Positions 24,920 to 39,000 are shown, numbered from the whole stretch's first letter. The stretch: DNA of 48,161 nt, filler included, from Jimgerdemannia flammicorona (GCA_003990765.1; 2 parts of 2 records of this genome joined end to end with filler, not necessarily neighbours in it); one strand, 5' to 3'. The notes: generated by a model not told the origin, from the sequence alone. Translations and numbers: made by a program.

Positions 24920-25745
24920 ATAGTATATTAAAGATATATTTACCTGATTAGGCAATTTATACATATATATATATATAGTATAAAATCCACTTATGCATTC
25001 AACATCCTGTCTTCTTTCTCTTATACTCAATTGTCATTACTATATATTTTATTCTCACCCATCTCTCTATTTATATATCTCTTATATATATAATAAGTTC
25101 TTCAAACTGACCAATATAAAGTATTTAAGTCTGAAACATTTCTCATATATATATATATATATCCAAAATGTATATATGATAATTTATATATAATAATTTT
25201 ATTTATCTAATTTATTATTATCTATGATTTGTTATTTATAGTCTAATATTTATAGTCTAATATTCTTAGATAACTATTAGTAACAGATATATAGGTTAGC
25301 AAAGGAGTAAAATGGAGATTTAATGAAAGAATTCCAAAATAATAGTATATTAAAGATATATTTATCTAATTAGATAATCTATATATATATATATATAGTA
25401 TAAAATCTACTTATATATATAATACTCTATCTTTTTCTCCTTATACTCAATTATTATTACTATATATTTCATTCTCACCCACCTTTCTATTTGTACATCT
25501 CTTATATATCAGATTCTTTAAACTGACTGATACAAAGTATTCAAGTCTGAAATATTTCTTATATATATATATATTTAAAAAATATATATAATAATTTATA
25601 TATAATAATTACACTCATCCAATCTATTATTATCTATGACTTAGTATTTATAGTCCAGTATTTATAGTCTAGTATTTACAGATAGCTATTAGTTGTAGAT
25701 GATTTAGCAAAGAAGTAGAACAGAGATTTAATATAGGATATAGAT
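24920..25745. repeat. Tandem duplication of a ~420-bp AT-rich unit downstream of the Copia fragment
   Basis: TAGTATATTAAAGATATATTTA... starts at ~24921 and again at ~25343, with colinear continuation. Confidence 0.85.
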
Positions 25746-25849
25746 AGGTTCTATTGATGGAAAAACTCAAATATAGAAAAAAAATAAGATAGAGACTAGT
25801 AAATAACTATATTGCTTAGCTGAATTCTAGTATATGTAGAAATATATAT

Positions 25850-26793
25850 TTCTTGAGTATATTACTTAAATTTAGATTCTGGAAGAGCTTTGGTAAGTAA
25901 ATCTGCAATTATATACTCTATAGAGATATATTTTAAGCACACGATCTCATTCTCTATATACTCTCTTATATAATGATACTATATATAAAATACTTTATTC
26001 TGAAATAATATACTAAGTATTTTATTATAGTAATATAGATTAATTGTCTGATAAATAAGTATAAGGTGCTATTTCTGATTGAAGCCAAGTATCTTTAATA
26101 ATTAGCATAGCCAAAATTCTTTCTTTATTATAGTAGATAGAGCTTGATATTTAGCTTAAGTAGAAGAGATGACTATAAAAGACTGCTTATATATTTGCTA
26201 TAAAATAGTAGACTCTTTAATAGTAGACTCTTTGTTAATATAAAAGACATATTTAATCATAGATTAGTAATCATCTAAATCTCTAATCCAATCAGTATTA
26301 TATATACCAGATAGTTATATATTATTCTTATTATTATTCTTACTCAATTTTCTAAGAGTAAGTATATAGTATATTATTTCTTTAATATATCTGAAAATTC
26401 TCTTAACAGTACTTCAATATAAATTATTATAGAAGAAGATATATTATACTATCTTATTCATAGTATATGATATATTAGATCTCATTCTAAGTATTAGATA
26501 TATAAGAGAACTAACTACTTATTAATAGAGAATATTAGTATAGTTATCATTTTTATTGATTGCAGACTTCTTTAACTTTATAGATATATCTATAAAAGTA
26601 TCAATAGACTTATATTTACTTATACTGAAATATTCTAGATATATATTACTTATAAGAGATATATATATAGTATACATATATATCTTTATTATATATAATT
26701 GATATCTCTAATAGAATAATGAGTTACTTATATCTATCATCTTGAACTCCTAGCATAAGGCTTCTTTAACTCTATTAAGCCTGTTTTTGATAG
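25850..26793 (-). mobile_element. Ty1/Copia RT C-terminus and RNase H fragment
   Basis: Decayed TDWIRDLDD (DWxGDxDD), SST*AKYQAL (SSTEAEYxAL) and YHYIREYI...IADLLTKALP. Confidence 0.85.
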
Positions 26794-29700
26794 TTTAATA
26801 TAGTAGATATATAACTATATAAGTATATTAGATTTCTGTATTTTGAAAACTTAATCTCCTTTAGTTCTTGAGATGTAGAGATAGGTGAGTTCAAAGTATA
26901 TCTACCTACAGACTTACTAGTTCTCTTGCTTTCTCTTTACTTTGAACTATTTCTATCTGAGGTTCATTTACTCTAGATACTGAGAATATTTATATAAGTT
27001 TGCTAGCTATAGAGTGACTAAGTTATAACTATATTTCTATAAGTCATTTTTCATAAGTATTAAATCTTTTTAATATCTGTAAAAGATTTTGATAATTGTA
27101 AGAATTTTGACATCTGCAGAAACTTTAGCAATTGCTAAAGTTTTCTATATTACAAAATATGACTGCTATTTTATAAGGCTATACTATATTTAGGAATTAG
27201 ATTTAGATACTATAATCAAATATCTATATTCCTGATTCTTATTCCTAATTCAGATCCACTATTATAACTTCCTTTTAAATAGATAATTTATCTCTAAAAT
27301 ATCCTATTCAAACTCCTAAGCTTTGATCAGTTGAATCTCCTTGTACTATATAATTTATATCATTATATTCTCCTAATATTATCTCTTAATATATCTAAAG
27401 TCACCTGGAGCTACTCCTCAGAGATGGGCTAGGATAGGTTCATCCTTCTTAAATAACTTATATACTCTCTTAGTAGTAGTAATTTGAGTATAAGAGAGCT
27501 AATAATAGTACTCTAAACAAGTCAATTTAATTTAGATTAGATTTAGATTAGATTCAGATTGAATCTCATTTAGATCAACTTAGATGGAAAATGAGTTGAT
27601 CCAGATCAATTTAAATTGATCATTGTTTTGATTTCTAAATTAGACAATTAAATATTTGCATCAATAACTCTATGAATAATCATCCAATTTTGATGATCTT
27701 GGTGTCATTTGTAAGCCCTTAATAAGATATTTCTAATAATATCAAGAATATTAAAATTGGATTATGCATTACTGAGCTATTAAGAAAAATGTTCTTTTGA
27801 AGAAATTTTCAAAATCAGCAAGTTGAATAATTTCAAAAATTGGTAAGTCAGATGTTTTCCTTGATAACTCAGCAATGTATAATCCAATTTCAATGTTTTT
27901 GATATCATTAGAAGGGTCTTATTAAGGGCTTTCAAATGATACCAATATCATCAGAATTAGATGATTATTCATTGGGTTATTGATATAAACATTTAATTGT
28001 CTAATTTGGAAATCAAAATAATGGTTGATTTGAATCAATCTGAATTAGCTCATTTTTTCATCTGAGTTAATCTAGATGGGATTTGAATCTGATCCATATC
28101 AGCTTGTTTAGAGCACTAGCTGACACTCTCTGATCTAGTTTTCTTTTTTCATTTCTAGCTTTAAGTTTAGTAGCTATCCTAACTTAAAGTATTTCTAGAA
28201 CTCAGTTTGGTTCTAATAGACCTTAAAATGTGAAATTTATAACAAGTGTATCTATACTATATTCTGGATACTATTAAAGGATTCTTCTATAGTTGGCATC
28301 TCAGTAGAATACTACTGTCTTTCTATGGTCTATTATATAGTACTAGTGATCTTGAGGATAATAGCATTACTATACTAGCTGATCATAATATTTCTTAAGT
28401 TGGTTTCAATAAATAGTAGTAGGGATGATTGTATCTGAGAGTTTTTATAGCCAAAAGGTGGTTCTTTTTATATCTTATACAAGATAAGGTTCTTCTCACT
28501 TAGGCTCTAGTTTTCATGACTATGAAGTTTCTACTATATTCTGATATACTAGGACTTTGTCTCCTATCTTGATAATCTCTAGAGGCTTGTGAACCTTTTC
28601 TACATTATTTTATTATAGAGCTTGTATCTTGGTTATATAATCCTCAGCCTTCTTTCTGATTTGGTATAGTCTCTATATCTCTATATCTGTATATTTCCAT
28701 ATAGTATCTCTATTAAATAATAGAGTTTCTTTAAGAACTTTTTTCTCTAAACAGCATCTTCTGAGGAGTAAAATAGGTACTTTATAATTAGATATCTCAA
28801 AGAGCAGATAATACTATTGGTAGATAGTGATCTTAGTTTTTATAGTTATTATAGATCTTAGTAATAATATTTTTAAGAGTCTTGTTAATTCTTTCTATAT
28901 ATTCATTTTCTTAAAAGTGATAGGTTATAGTTCAAATATGCTAGATCTTATACTTCTTATAGAGAATCTCAAAGAACTAGTTCATGAATTCTGTCCCTCT
29001 ATCTATAGTTACTTATATTGGAGTCTTGAATCAGTAAATGATTTCTTTGTAGAAAAAATTAACAATTAACTGTATATTGACTTCTTTGAGGGGTCTCACT
29101 TTTATATATTTTGTAAAAAAGTCTATGATGATAATGATATATTAATTACTATTCAAAATCAAAGATAAGAGGTCAATTATATCTATTACTATATAGGTAA
29201 AGGGTACTAATTCTATATATACTAATCTTGAGATCTAATTTTATTGATCTTATTTCTGTTTCTGATATTTATTACAGACTTTGACAAATCATCTGATATC
29301 TTTCTCTATTCCTGGTCACTATATTATTCTTCTTACTTTTTCATAGATATTTATTCCTCCTAGATAGCTAAGTTTATATATTAATTTTATTATTTGCTCC
29401 TTCTTATATTTGGATATAACTAGTAGCTTTCCTTTCTTTAGTATTTCTTTATCAGTTTTGAAATATTTCCATATTCTGTTAATAATTATTTATATTTATT
29501 CTTTCAGATATTGGAGTATCTTTTACTGTCTCAGGTAGGTGATACTTTTATAGTAGAGCTTCTTATTTATGATTAATTTATTGGTTGAGAGTCCTTTGAG
29601 ATATTTATAAGAGAGTATCTATATTGGCATTGGTTCTTTTAGAGTAATATATAATAGTTATATTATAGACTTGTAACTTTATAATTCATCTAGCATATAT

Positions 29701-32585
29701 TCCTTTGAGTTGTCTAATAATCAGTAGTTAAGTGAGGGCTGAATAGTTGATCTAAATGGTAAAGTATCTTCCAGCAAAGTAGTAGTGAAATTTTTCCACA
29801 GTTCAGATAACTGTGAGATATTCTAACTTATAAGATTCATATTCCTTTTCAGCTCCTTGAGTTCCTCAGCTAAGATATATAATGATATACTCTACTTTGC
29901 CTTTCTTTTAGACTAGAACTACTATTAGTCATTATATATTTGCATCTATTTTGCAGGATAAATTCTTAAGTCTAATTGGGTCTTCTAAGTATAGATGCTT
30001 GGGTCAGTCTGATCTTGAGCTCATCAAATGCTTTTTATTATCTGACAGTCTATTAGAACTTACAATTCTTCTTATTGAGTTTATAGATTGAGTCTATAAT
30101 ATTGGAGAATCCTCTAATAAATTTACAATAGTATGAGATAAGTTCCATAAAGACTTGAGCTTCAGTAACAATAGTAGATCTTAGGTATACTACTACTATT
30201 TATATCTTGAGGAGATCTGTATATATTTTATCTCAGTGGATGATATGGTCAAGATAGAAGATCTCAATTTCTATAACTTTACATTTCTTAAGCTTAATAT
30301 ATAGATCATACTTTCTTAGCTTCTCTATTATCTGCTGAATGTACTACAGATATTCTTCAGATATATTGCTATAGATAATAATATCATTTATATAAACCAT
30401 CATTCATCTTCTCATATTATAGTAGAAGATTTTATTCATCATTCACTAGAAGCTCACTGGTATATTATATATTCTGAATAGTATTTGCAAATAGACATAG
30501 GTTTTATCTTGAGTAATAAAGGCTGACTTCTTACTTACAGCTTCTGTGAGACCAATTTGATAGAATTCTGAATATAAATCCAAAGTACTATAATACTGTA
30601 CTTTATCTCCCAGAGTTATAAGGAATTACTGATAAGTAGTAGTAGTTGGTAGTCCTTCTTAGTCATTATGTTGAGCTTTTTGTAATCAGTATAAAGTCTT
30701 AGGTAAATTCTCCTAGCTTTCTTTCTTTCTTTAAAACTAGTATAACTGGTAAAGCCTCAGGACTACTGACTTTTTTGATAATACTAGCTTCTTCTATTTG
30801 CTTAATTTCTTCTCTGAGCCATTTATAATAGGCTGATATTATTGGCCTTACTTTTTGGTAGATTGGTTCATCAATATTATAATAGTAGTGTAATGTCTTT
30901 TCTTTAATGTCTTTGAAATCTGTGACCAGAATATCTTCAAATTCATAGAGAATCTTCTTGAGTTCCTTCTTGAGTGAAAATTCATTTCCAATAGTATAGC
31001 TATACTTATTTGTAATTTCCTCCTTCTTGTAGTCTAGTTCAGTAATCTTGATACTAGTGAATACTTCTTTTCTGATGGATCTGAATCTCTTCCTTCCTCT
31101 CTCTATTTTATTTAACTTCTTGACTTTTATAATTTTTGGCTGAAGAATCAGAAAGATTAATATCTGTATCAGTCAGTCCTTCTTTTTGATTGAAAATAGA
31201 ATTATAGAGTTATGGTTTCTAGTAATAAGTAGTATTTCTCTAATATACTCTGAATTGATGACTCTTTTGATAGTAATCTCACTTCTCACTAGACTATTTC
31301 TTATCTTAAAGATTCTGACATAGTCTTTTGGAATGATTATCTCTAGGCTAGTTATAAGTAGGGTGATTGTGTGAGATTTGAGTATAGTTTCTTCTACTGT
31401 AGCAATATCTAGTCTAGCTGTATTCTCTGACTTGTATTCTGGTAGAACTACATCAGAGTGTATTTTTTGAATTTTGATCTTGATTTTCTCTTCATTGTCA
31501 CTATCTTTCAGAAGGGCTAGTGGTTTGTCATCCTCTTCTTCTTTCTTCTCTTCTTTTGCCTGTTTTTCAAGAACCTTCTGTTTTCCTTTATGATAGATCT
31601 TCTTGATTCTACTGGTATACTAGTAGTAATTATTGATGTGCTCCATATAGTATATTTTAATCCTGTAGAGACAGGCTTCTTATAGTATATATCCTTCTAC
31701 AATCTTCTTACATCAATCTTCTTTACTGATCCATTTAACTTTCTTTTTCTTTTTCTGAGTAGTTATCATATAAGCTTCTTTCTGCTCACTTTCTTCTTTC
31801 TTCATTTCAGGTAGGACTTCTTTATTGACATTGATGGAGATTTACATCTTCTGTCCTTGGTAAATAATCTGCATCTTCTGGGCATTTAGATTGATTATTA
31901 CCCTGGCTTTATAAAGTTATTGGTTACTGATAAGGATGTCATAATTGGTTGTATTGGTCATAATTACATCTACTAGAATAGTTGCTTCTCTGAACTCAAT
32001 GAAAATATCTCAGATCTTTCCTAAAGATATGGCTCTTATACTATTTGCTATAATAAACATCAATTTTGCTTCTTCAACCTCTCAATCTAGGCAGTCTGCT
32101 TCTTTCTTACTGAGAAGGCATTCTCCTACTCTAGTGTCAATAATGACTTCAAATATTCTATCTTCAATCTGATAGGATACATAGGTAGAGGTCTTGTAAT
32201 TGTCTTTACATCCTTCTCTTGAGTCTTCTTAAACATTATTGGTCTCAGTTATTTTCCAATCTTGCTTCTTAGTTATTTCAGTAAGTCTATATCTTATTTG
32301 CTATCTGAATGTGGGAATTTCTAATAGCTGGCCAAAGGTTGAATTGATCTTTTATTAGCTGAGATCCTTGAAGATCTCATATTTAAAGATTTTAGTTTTA
32401 TAAAGCTTCTTCTTCTTTTCTCTCTCACTAGCTGGGGTAGTTCCTTGAATGATATCTTGAATGGTCTGTTCCAACTCTATGTCTTGATCTATTTCTTTAG
32501 CTTGGCTTTTTATAGTAGTTTTTATCTATTTTTCCAGAGTTCTTCTTAGGTCTCCCTAATAGTCTCTTATAGAGTTCCTTATAGA
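26794..32585 (-). mobile_element. Gypsy element C (older B-family copy): 3' LTR 26794-27266, accessory region, IN, RH, RT, dUTPase, PR, gag C-terminus
   Basis: Colinear with B throughout but with heavier C>T/G>A decay. dUTPase remnants near 31450-31070. Confidence 0.88.
27506..28118. mobile_element. Non-autonomous hAT-type foldback MITE (613 bp)
   Basis: TIRs TAGTACTCTAAACAAG and CTTGTTTAGAGCACTA. Arms of ~290 bp are mutually complementary. Flanks GCTAATAA and GCTGACAC resemble a decayed 8-bp TSD. Confidence 0.85.
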
Positions 32586-33789
32586 AGTAAGTCTGTAGAT
32601 AGATATACTTTGAACTCACTCACCCCTATATTCTAAGGACTCTGCAGAGTCAAAGAGAATTAAGTTTTTAAGATACAGAAATCTGATATACTTATACAAT
32701 TATGTGTTTACTATATTATAACTTCATATCTATTAGCTAGTGATTCAAGATGAATCCCTCACTTTCAAGCTGAATAATGAACAATTATAACCATCTGAAC
32801 AAATACTCAAATTGAACCAAAACATCTAGATAAGATAGATATAAGACTATCAGTATTCTATGAATATACTTCAGATGAATCAATCATTATCTTCATTAAT
32901 GATTTTGAGTAGTATACTACTATAAGGACTCTGACAACAAGACAGCAAGTAGCCCTTATACTCTTTAGTTTCTGAGGTCCTGCAAGAGCAGCATTCACAG
33001 CTATAATCTATGTAGAAAATAATAATAATACTATATTGATAGTACAGAAGATCTGACTCTAAGCTATCTATTATATAGATAAGATCAAGCAAGCACTAAA
33101 GAATTAGCTCAATACAATATACTAAGAAATAAGTGAGGATCCAAACATATTTTATACCAGAATCTGAATCAGATAATTCTTATAGATTATGCTACTACTA
33201 TCTAAGACCAAGTAGCAGAGATAATCTTTATAAAAAGAGTCTATCCAGAAATAGCTATGGCCATCTACTCATTACAAGTAGTTCTGGATTAAGTACAGCA
33301 GGTCACCTATACTTAGTAATATTGAATAGCCAGATATTTACAAGACCATATAATAGAAAGAGTCACTGGAGTCAGAATTGAAGTATTTAAGGCAACTAGT
33401 ATAATCTCTACTATAGTGATCAATCAAAATATACCTTAACCAAGAACTATTGAATAGTAGAAGAATAGTAACTCTATGGAGGAACTTGCTAAGAAGTTTA
33501 CTGAAATAACTATCTATCTAGAAGATATAGTAAAAGAAATCAGAGAAAGAGACTGTCACCTAGTTCAAAAGTTTGCTGCTATCTCAGTTAAGAAGAGAGA
33601 TATCTACTATATCTGTAGAGAAGAGGGTCACTACTTATATAAATGTATAAGTAAAACTAAATATAAGGTCCAGTCAAGCAATGCTATTTAAAATAGAGAT
33701 CAAGCCAACACTATTACCTTTGAAGATATTGAAGAATCTGATGAAGAAGAATAGAAGTCCTACTCTATCTAGACCACTAAGAAGGATGA
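32586..33789 (+). mobile_element. Inverted 5' segment of element C (end of 5' LTR to 32720, decayed PBS, gag)
   Basis: gag reads MEELAKKFTEIT...YYICREEGHYLYKC and ends at AAGAAGGATG, where the minus-strand gag resumes at ~32585. Confidence 0.8.
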
Positions 33790-35520
33790 ATTTGGGAGAG
33801 AGATTGATTAGGATATATTTGCAGTTCTTAGTATCATACTGTAGGGCAGAGTGCAATAAGTATAAGAGAGAAGTATTATATAATATCAAGGTTAGAGATA
33901 ATATGAGGAGTAGTAAGTAGGTAGTGAAGAATAGTATTTGGGGTAACTAAAAGATTGGAAAGTGGTGTAGTTGCTTGGGTGAGAGTAAGTTCCTAAGGGC
34001 ATTAGAGTGGGTTATAGAGGTATTGAGTTTATCGATAATCTTTACTATAGCAGAAACATATAAGCATAGATATAGCCTTTTCAGTAGTAGTTAGAGTCCT
34101 TTACAGGAAGTTTATTGATAAGAATACTGTTGAAAGAGTGGTATATGGGTTGCTAGTTAGTACCAGAAGTTTGGATAAAGAAGTATTATTAGTCAATAGC
34201 TGGTAAAGAGGGTCTTGAAACTTTGAGTATAGTTTTGGGAGATGACCAGCAGTCAGAAAGGTATAAGAATATTAATGTAGGCTGAGGACATTGAAGAGAT
34301 CAAGATTGCATCAAGCCCAGCAAAGGCACCAACTGAGCAATATACTGTCATTAGTGATCTCAGCAATGCATTTTATATAAAAGGATATATAGTAGTTAAG
34401 AAGAGCAGACCAGAAGGAGGATATTGAAAGAAGGATAAAGTCAGTAATATAGGTAAAGAATGATATAGGATCTATGAGGCCAGAATAGATATTATAGAGG
34501 ATGCTGAAATAGATGAGAAGTATGACCAGGAAGGATGGAATATTAGAGAGATCTTTGATAAAAGATAGAGACTTCTATAAGAAGACTCATATACTAGCTT
34601 TATTGAGAGACTCAATGAACTAGATTTCTAGAGAGAGACTATTTAAGATAATATTATATTCTAAGAAATAGCTAAGTAAGGTAGTGGAGAATGAGTTATT
34701 AACTACTATAGTTAGGAGACTTGATTGATATAGGTGGATTTCAGAGAGAGATTGATGCCCCAGACAATGGTATGAGATAGAGCTACTGAGTAATTGGTTA
34801 GTATAGTAGACAACTCACTGTGAGAGGTACTAGAGGGGCCTTGGTCACTAGATGGACTAGAAGTAGAAACTACTATAGGGGGCTAGAGAATAGTCATAAC
34901 AGCAGCTGAGATATGTAGAAGCCATGGTATAGTTGATAAATACTTAGTCTATAATAGGGATTATTAGAGAATAATCTTGTTGTGAACATAATAAGAGGAG
35001 AATTTTGTTAAGTTGATAGTTCTGCATAGTAGCATAATCTTAAAGTAGAGCAATACTATCTTCAATAAATATATCAGATGGAAGTAGAAGTATCATTAAG
35101 ATAGATATAGTAAAGGTGGAAGAGACTAATAGAGCCAAAGCCTTGTCTATGACTTGGGTGGAGGATTAAGTAGGGGTATATATAGCTAGTATGTCTTTAG
35201 AGAGATTGGCAAGGTAAGTTTTGATAATATTGATATCAGTACTATCTTCATCATTGAGATCATCTTATTGGAATTGGAGAATATATTTGATAAATAGAAT
35301 ATTAGAGCAGAGTGGACAGATAGGTGAGCCTAGCTCATATTGACCCTTAGAGATACCAGAGGGATTGTGATAGCAGAGAATATAGACACATATTGAGTAT
35401 ATATATAAAACATATGTATAAAGTATATATATAAAGTGATTTGAGTAAAACTAGATATAATACAGATATATATATTAGATAGTATAATAGAGAGGTATTT
35501 CCTAGCTAATACAAAAGCAA
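33790..35520 (-). mobile_element. Heavily degenerate, probably non-LTR retroelement-derived sequence
   Basis: Purine-rich + strand like the other LINE pieces. Only weak RT-like remnants near 35350-35250. Confidence 0.3.
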
Positions 35521-36409
35521 GCATATTGGTGTCAGAGATCTATACTCTACCAAAACTTATATACTATCTATATAGTATCTTAAATATTTCTATAAACATT
35601 GACCTATAATTTTTAATAAAATCTCTCATTATACTTAGTAACTATTAACTAAAAGATCTTAAAGAAATAGTGTAGAAAATATTTTATTTTTCATAAAAAT
35701 CTTATTTATCTAAGATATTAAATCTGAGAAATCTTATCTAATAAATTTTAAGAAAATTATTATAAATAGTACTTTGAATAAGTAAATAACAAAACTTATC
35801 TTATATATCAAATGACTATATTCTATCTACTAAATCTTTATACTATACTCTGTATTAAGAAGCTGCATATATTTACCAGATTTAAGCAAAAGGGCTAATC
35901 AGTCTTATATTAGAGAGTTGATATAACTATTGTAATGTAGCAGATGCTTACTCTTGAAAGTATGTCAGATTTCTATATCTTGAAAACTTAACTATTCTGA
36001 CTCTCACAGAGTCTCTTGAAGTTACAGGGAAGGGTGGGTGAGTTCGAAGTGTATCTGCCCACAGGCTTACTAGTTCCTTTGCTATCTCTTTGCTTTGAAC
36101 TATTTTGATCTAAGGTTTATTCACTCAAAGATACTTGGTTATTTATATAAGTTTACTAGCTATGAGATGGTTACTGGGTTACATGGCTAAGTTATGAGTT
36201 ATTTAACACTTTGTGAAATATTTTGCCAGTTGCGAAATACTATACTAAATCAAGAAGCTCAATCTCGCACTTTGCGAAATATTTAGCAAATGGTGGAATT
36301 GAGGACTACTAACTATGTGGCTATACTACTTTGGGACTGGGTGCGATCAAGTGTCTGTTCCCTATTTCCTTCTTCCAAATCTGGCTATACCATCACAACT
36401 TCCTCCTGA

Positions 36410-36600
36410 ATAGATGATCTCATCCTGGAAGCATCTATTCAAACTCCCAAGCTTCAATGGTCTGTATGGTCTTGTATTGTGCAATTTGTTGCATTACTGT
36501 TTCCCAATAGTGTTGTCTGACTCGGTTGAAGTCTGAGGGAGTAACTCCTCACAGGTGGGCTAATGCTGGTTCATTCTCTTAGAATAACTTGTGGATTCTC
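36410..36600 (-). pseudogene. C-terminal remnant of post-pol accessory ORF of B
   Basis: RIHKLF*ENEPALAHL*GVTPSDFNRVRQHYWETVMQQIAQYKTIQTIEAWEFE. Same peptide in C at ~27470-27305. Confidence 0.65.
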
Positions 36601-37310
36601 TTTTTTTTTATTTAACGGACTCATGTCCCCCAGATTTTTATTGGAAGGGAATCTAGACTATATAGGCCAAAACCCTCCCCCACCACCCACCAAGTACTGC
36701 CCCCCCATTAATCTAGGCTAGCTATTGTCCAGCAGCTCAACCATGCCAGGTGCAGCAGGGCCTATGTTGGCCCACACCTCATTCTGTGCACCATGCTCTC
36801 CCTACTACTAGGGGAAACCCAACCATATGCCAACGACTGAAAGTGCATGCCTGAGAACCCAACATATGTACAAGACCATGCCTAAGCCGAATAGAATAGC
36901 CCCTGCCACCCCAAAGAGAATGATAGATAAATAAAAAACTCTCATCAAAGCACAATACGGTGGGTAGAGCCTGGTTCTCCCAGTTGAGGTGAGTAAAGGA
37001 CTTACACATGAGGCAGGAGGAAACCCCCAATACCCCTGCAGGCCTCAATCACGTTGCCATGTCAGCTCCCGGTTCCAGTTAAGTATAGCCAAGATACCTG
37101 AAATGGGTAGCCTCAGGCCTCCTGACCCCCTCTGATGACTGGGGCCCAACCCCACTGACCGCCAAAAGAAGCCGATAGTGACATCTACCACCTAACTGTG
37201 CTGCACCAATCAAAAGGCCCCACCAAAGCAGCACCCACCCCGCCCCCAGCCTGGCACCCTACTGGTCTACCATTATCACCCTTCTGCCTATCTGTGATGG
37301 CCATCTCCCA
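36601..37310 (-). mobile_element. 5'-truncated non-LTR insertion with poly(A) tail, replacing B integrase
   Basis: T-run at 36601, a CLMC motif and GC-richer composition. B integrase stops at AHIAIDVISPL. Confidence 0.6.
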
Positions 37311-37749
37311 GAGGGCTGATTACATCTATTGCTATGTGGGCAAATAATACTGGTTCTATGCATACTGATCCTGGAGCTTGATTTCATTGGTCTTGTTTCT
37401 GTTTCTGGCATTTGTCATAGGTTCTGATGAGTTGTCTGATATCTTCTTCTATTCCAGACCACCATATTGTTCTTCTTGCCTTGTTATATATATTTGTTCC
37501 TCCTAGATGGCCAAGTTCATATACTGATTTCATCACTTACTCCTTCTTATGTTCTGGTATAACTAGTAGTTTTCCTTTCTTCAGTGTTTCTCTGTCAGTT
37601 TCGAATTGTTTCTATGTTCTGTTGATAATTGTTTATGTCCATTCTTCCAGATGTTGGGGCATCTTTTGCTGTCCCAGATATGTGATGATTCCATAGTAGA
37701 GCTCCTTATTCATGATTGATTTGTTGGTTGGAGATAGTTTGGGGTATTC

Positions 37750-39000
37750 ATGAGAGGATATCTGCATTGGCATTGGTTCTTCCAGAGTGGTATACAATGG
37801 TTACATCATAAGCTTGTAACTTCATTATCTATCTGGCATAGATTCCTTTGGGTTGTCCAGTTGTCAATAGCCAGGTGAGAGCTGAGTGGTCTGTTTGGAT
37901 AGTGAAGTGTCTCCCAGCTAAGTAGTAGTGGAACCTTTCTATGGCCCAGATGACTGCGAGGCATTCCAACTTATAGAATTCATATTCTTTTTCAGCTCCT
38001 CAGGTTCCATGGCTGAGGTATGTAATGACATACTCCTTTTTGTCTTCCTTTTGAGCTAGGACTGCTCCTAGTCCCTGTGCACTTGTGTCTGTCTGCAGAA
38101 TGAATTCTTGAGTCCAATTGGGTCATCTGAGGATGGGTGTCTGAGTTAGTCTGATCTTGAGTTCATCAAATACTTTTTGTTGTCTACCAGTCCACTGGAA
38201 TTTGGTATCCTTCTTATTGAGTTCATAGATTGGTCCTGCAATGTTGGAGAATCCTCTAATAAATCTGTGATAGTAAGAGGCAAGTCCCATGAAGGCTTGG
38301 GCTTCTGTAATAGTAGTGGGTCTTGGGTATGCTGCCACTGCTTGTATCTTGAGAGAGTCCATGTATGTTCCATCTTGGTTGATAATGTGACCAAGATAGG
38401 AGATCTTAATTTCTACAAACTTGCACTTTTTGGGCTTGATGTCTAGGCCATGCTTTCTCAGTCTTTCCATTATCTGCCAGATGTGTTGCAGGTGTTCTTC
38501 TGGTGTCTGGCTGTAGATGATTACATCATCAACATAGACCATCATCCATCTTTCCATATCATAGTGGAAGATTTTGTTCATCATTCACTGGAAACTTGCT
38601 GGTGTATTGCACATTCCAAATGGCATTCATAGGTAGACGTAGGTTCCATCTGGGGTGATGAAAGCTGACTTTTCACTTGCCATGTCTGTGAGTCCGATTT
38701 GGTGGAATCCTGAGTATAAGTCCAAAGTGCTGTAGTACTGTACTTCATCTCCCAGTATTATGAGGATGTCATTGATGAGGGGCAGTGGTTGGCGATCCTT
38801 TTTGGTAACCATGTTGAGCTTTCTGTAGTCAACACAGAGTCTTGGGGCAAATTCTCCAGACTTGCTGCCCTTTTTCAGGGCTAGTACAACAGGTGAGGAC
38901 CAGGGGCTGCTGGCTTCTTTGATGATACCAGCTTCTTCCATCTGATTGATTTCTTCTCTGAGCCATTCTCAGTAGGCTGGTGGGACAGGTCTTGCCTTCT
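37750..39000 (-). pseudogene. RT and RNase H of element B
   Basis: SPWSSPVVL, RLCVDYRKLN, TLDLYSGFHQI, VYVDDVIIYS, ECLAVIWA and NADILS motifs. Confidence 0.95.

Noticed and set aside
35520..35930. AT-rich segment continuing at 42276-42559 as a transposase remnant
   Set aside because: It is evidently the target sequence of B, but no diagnostic motif could be recovered.
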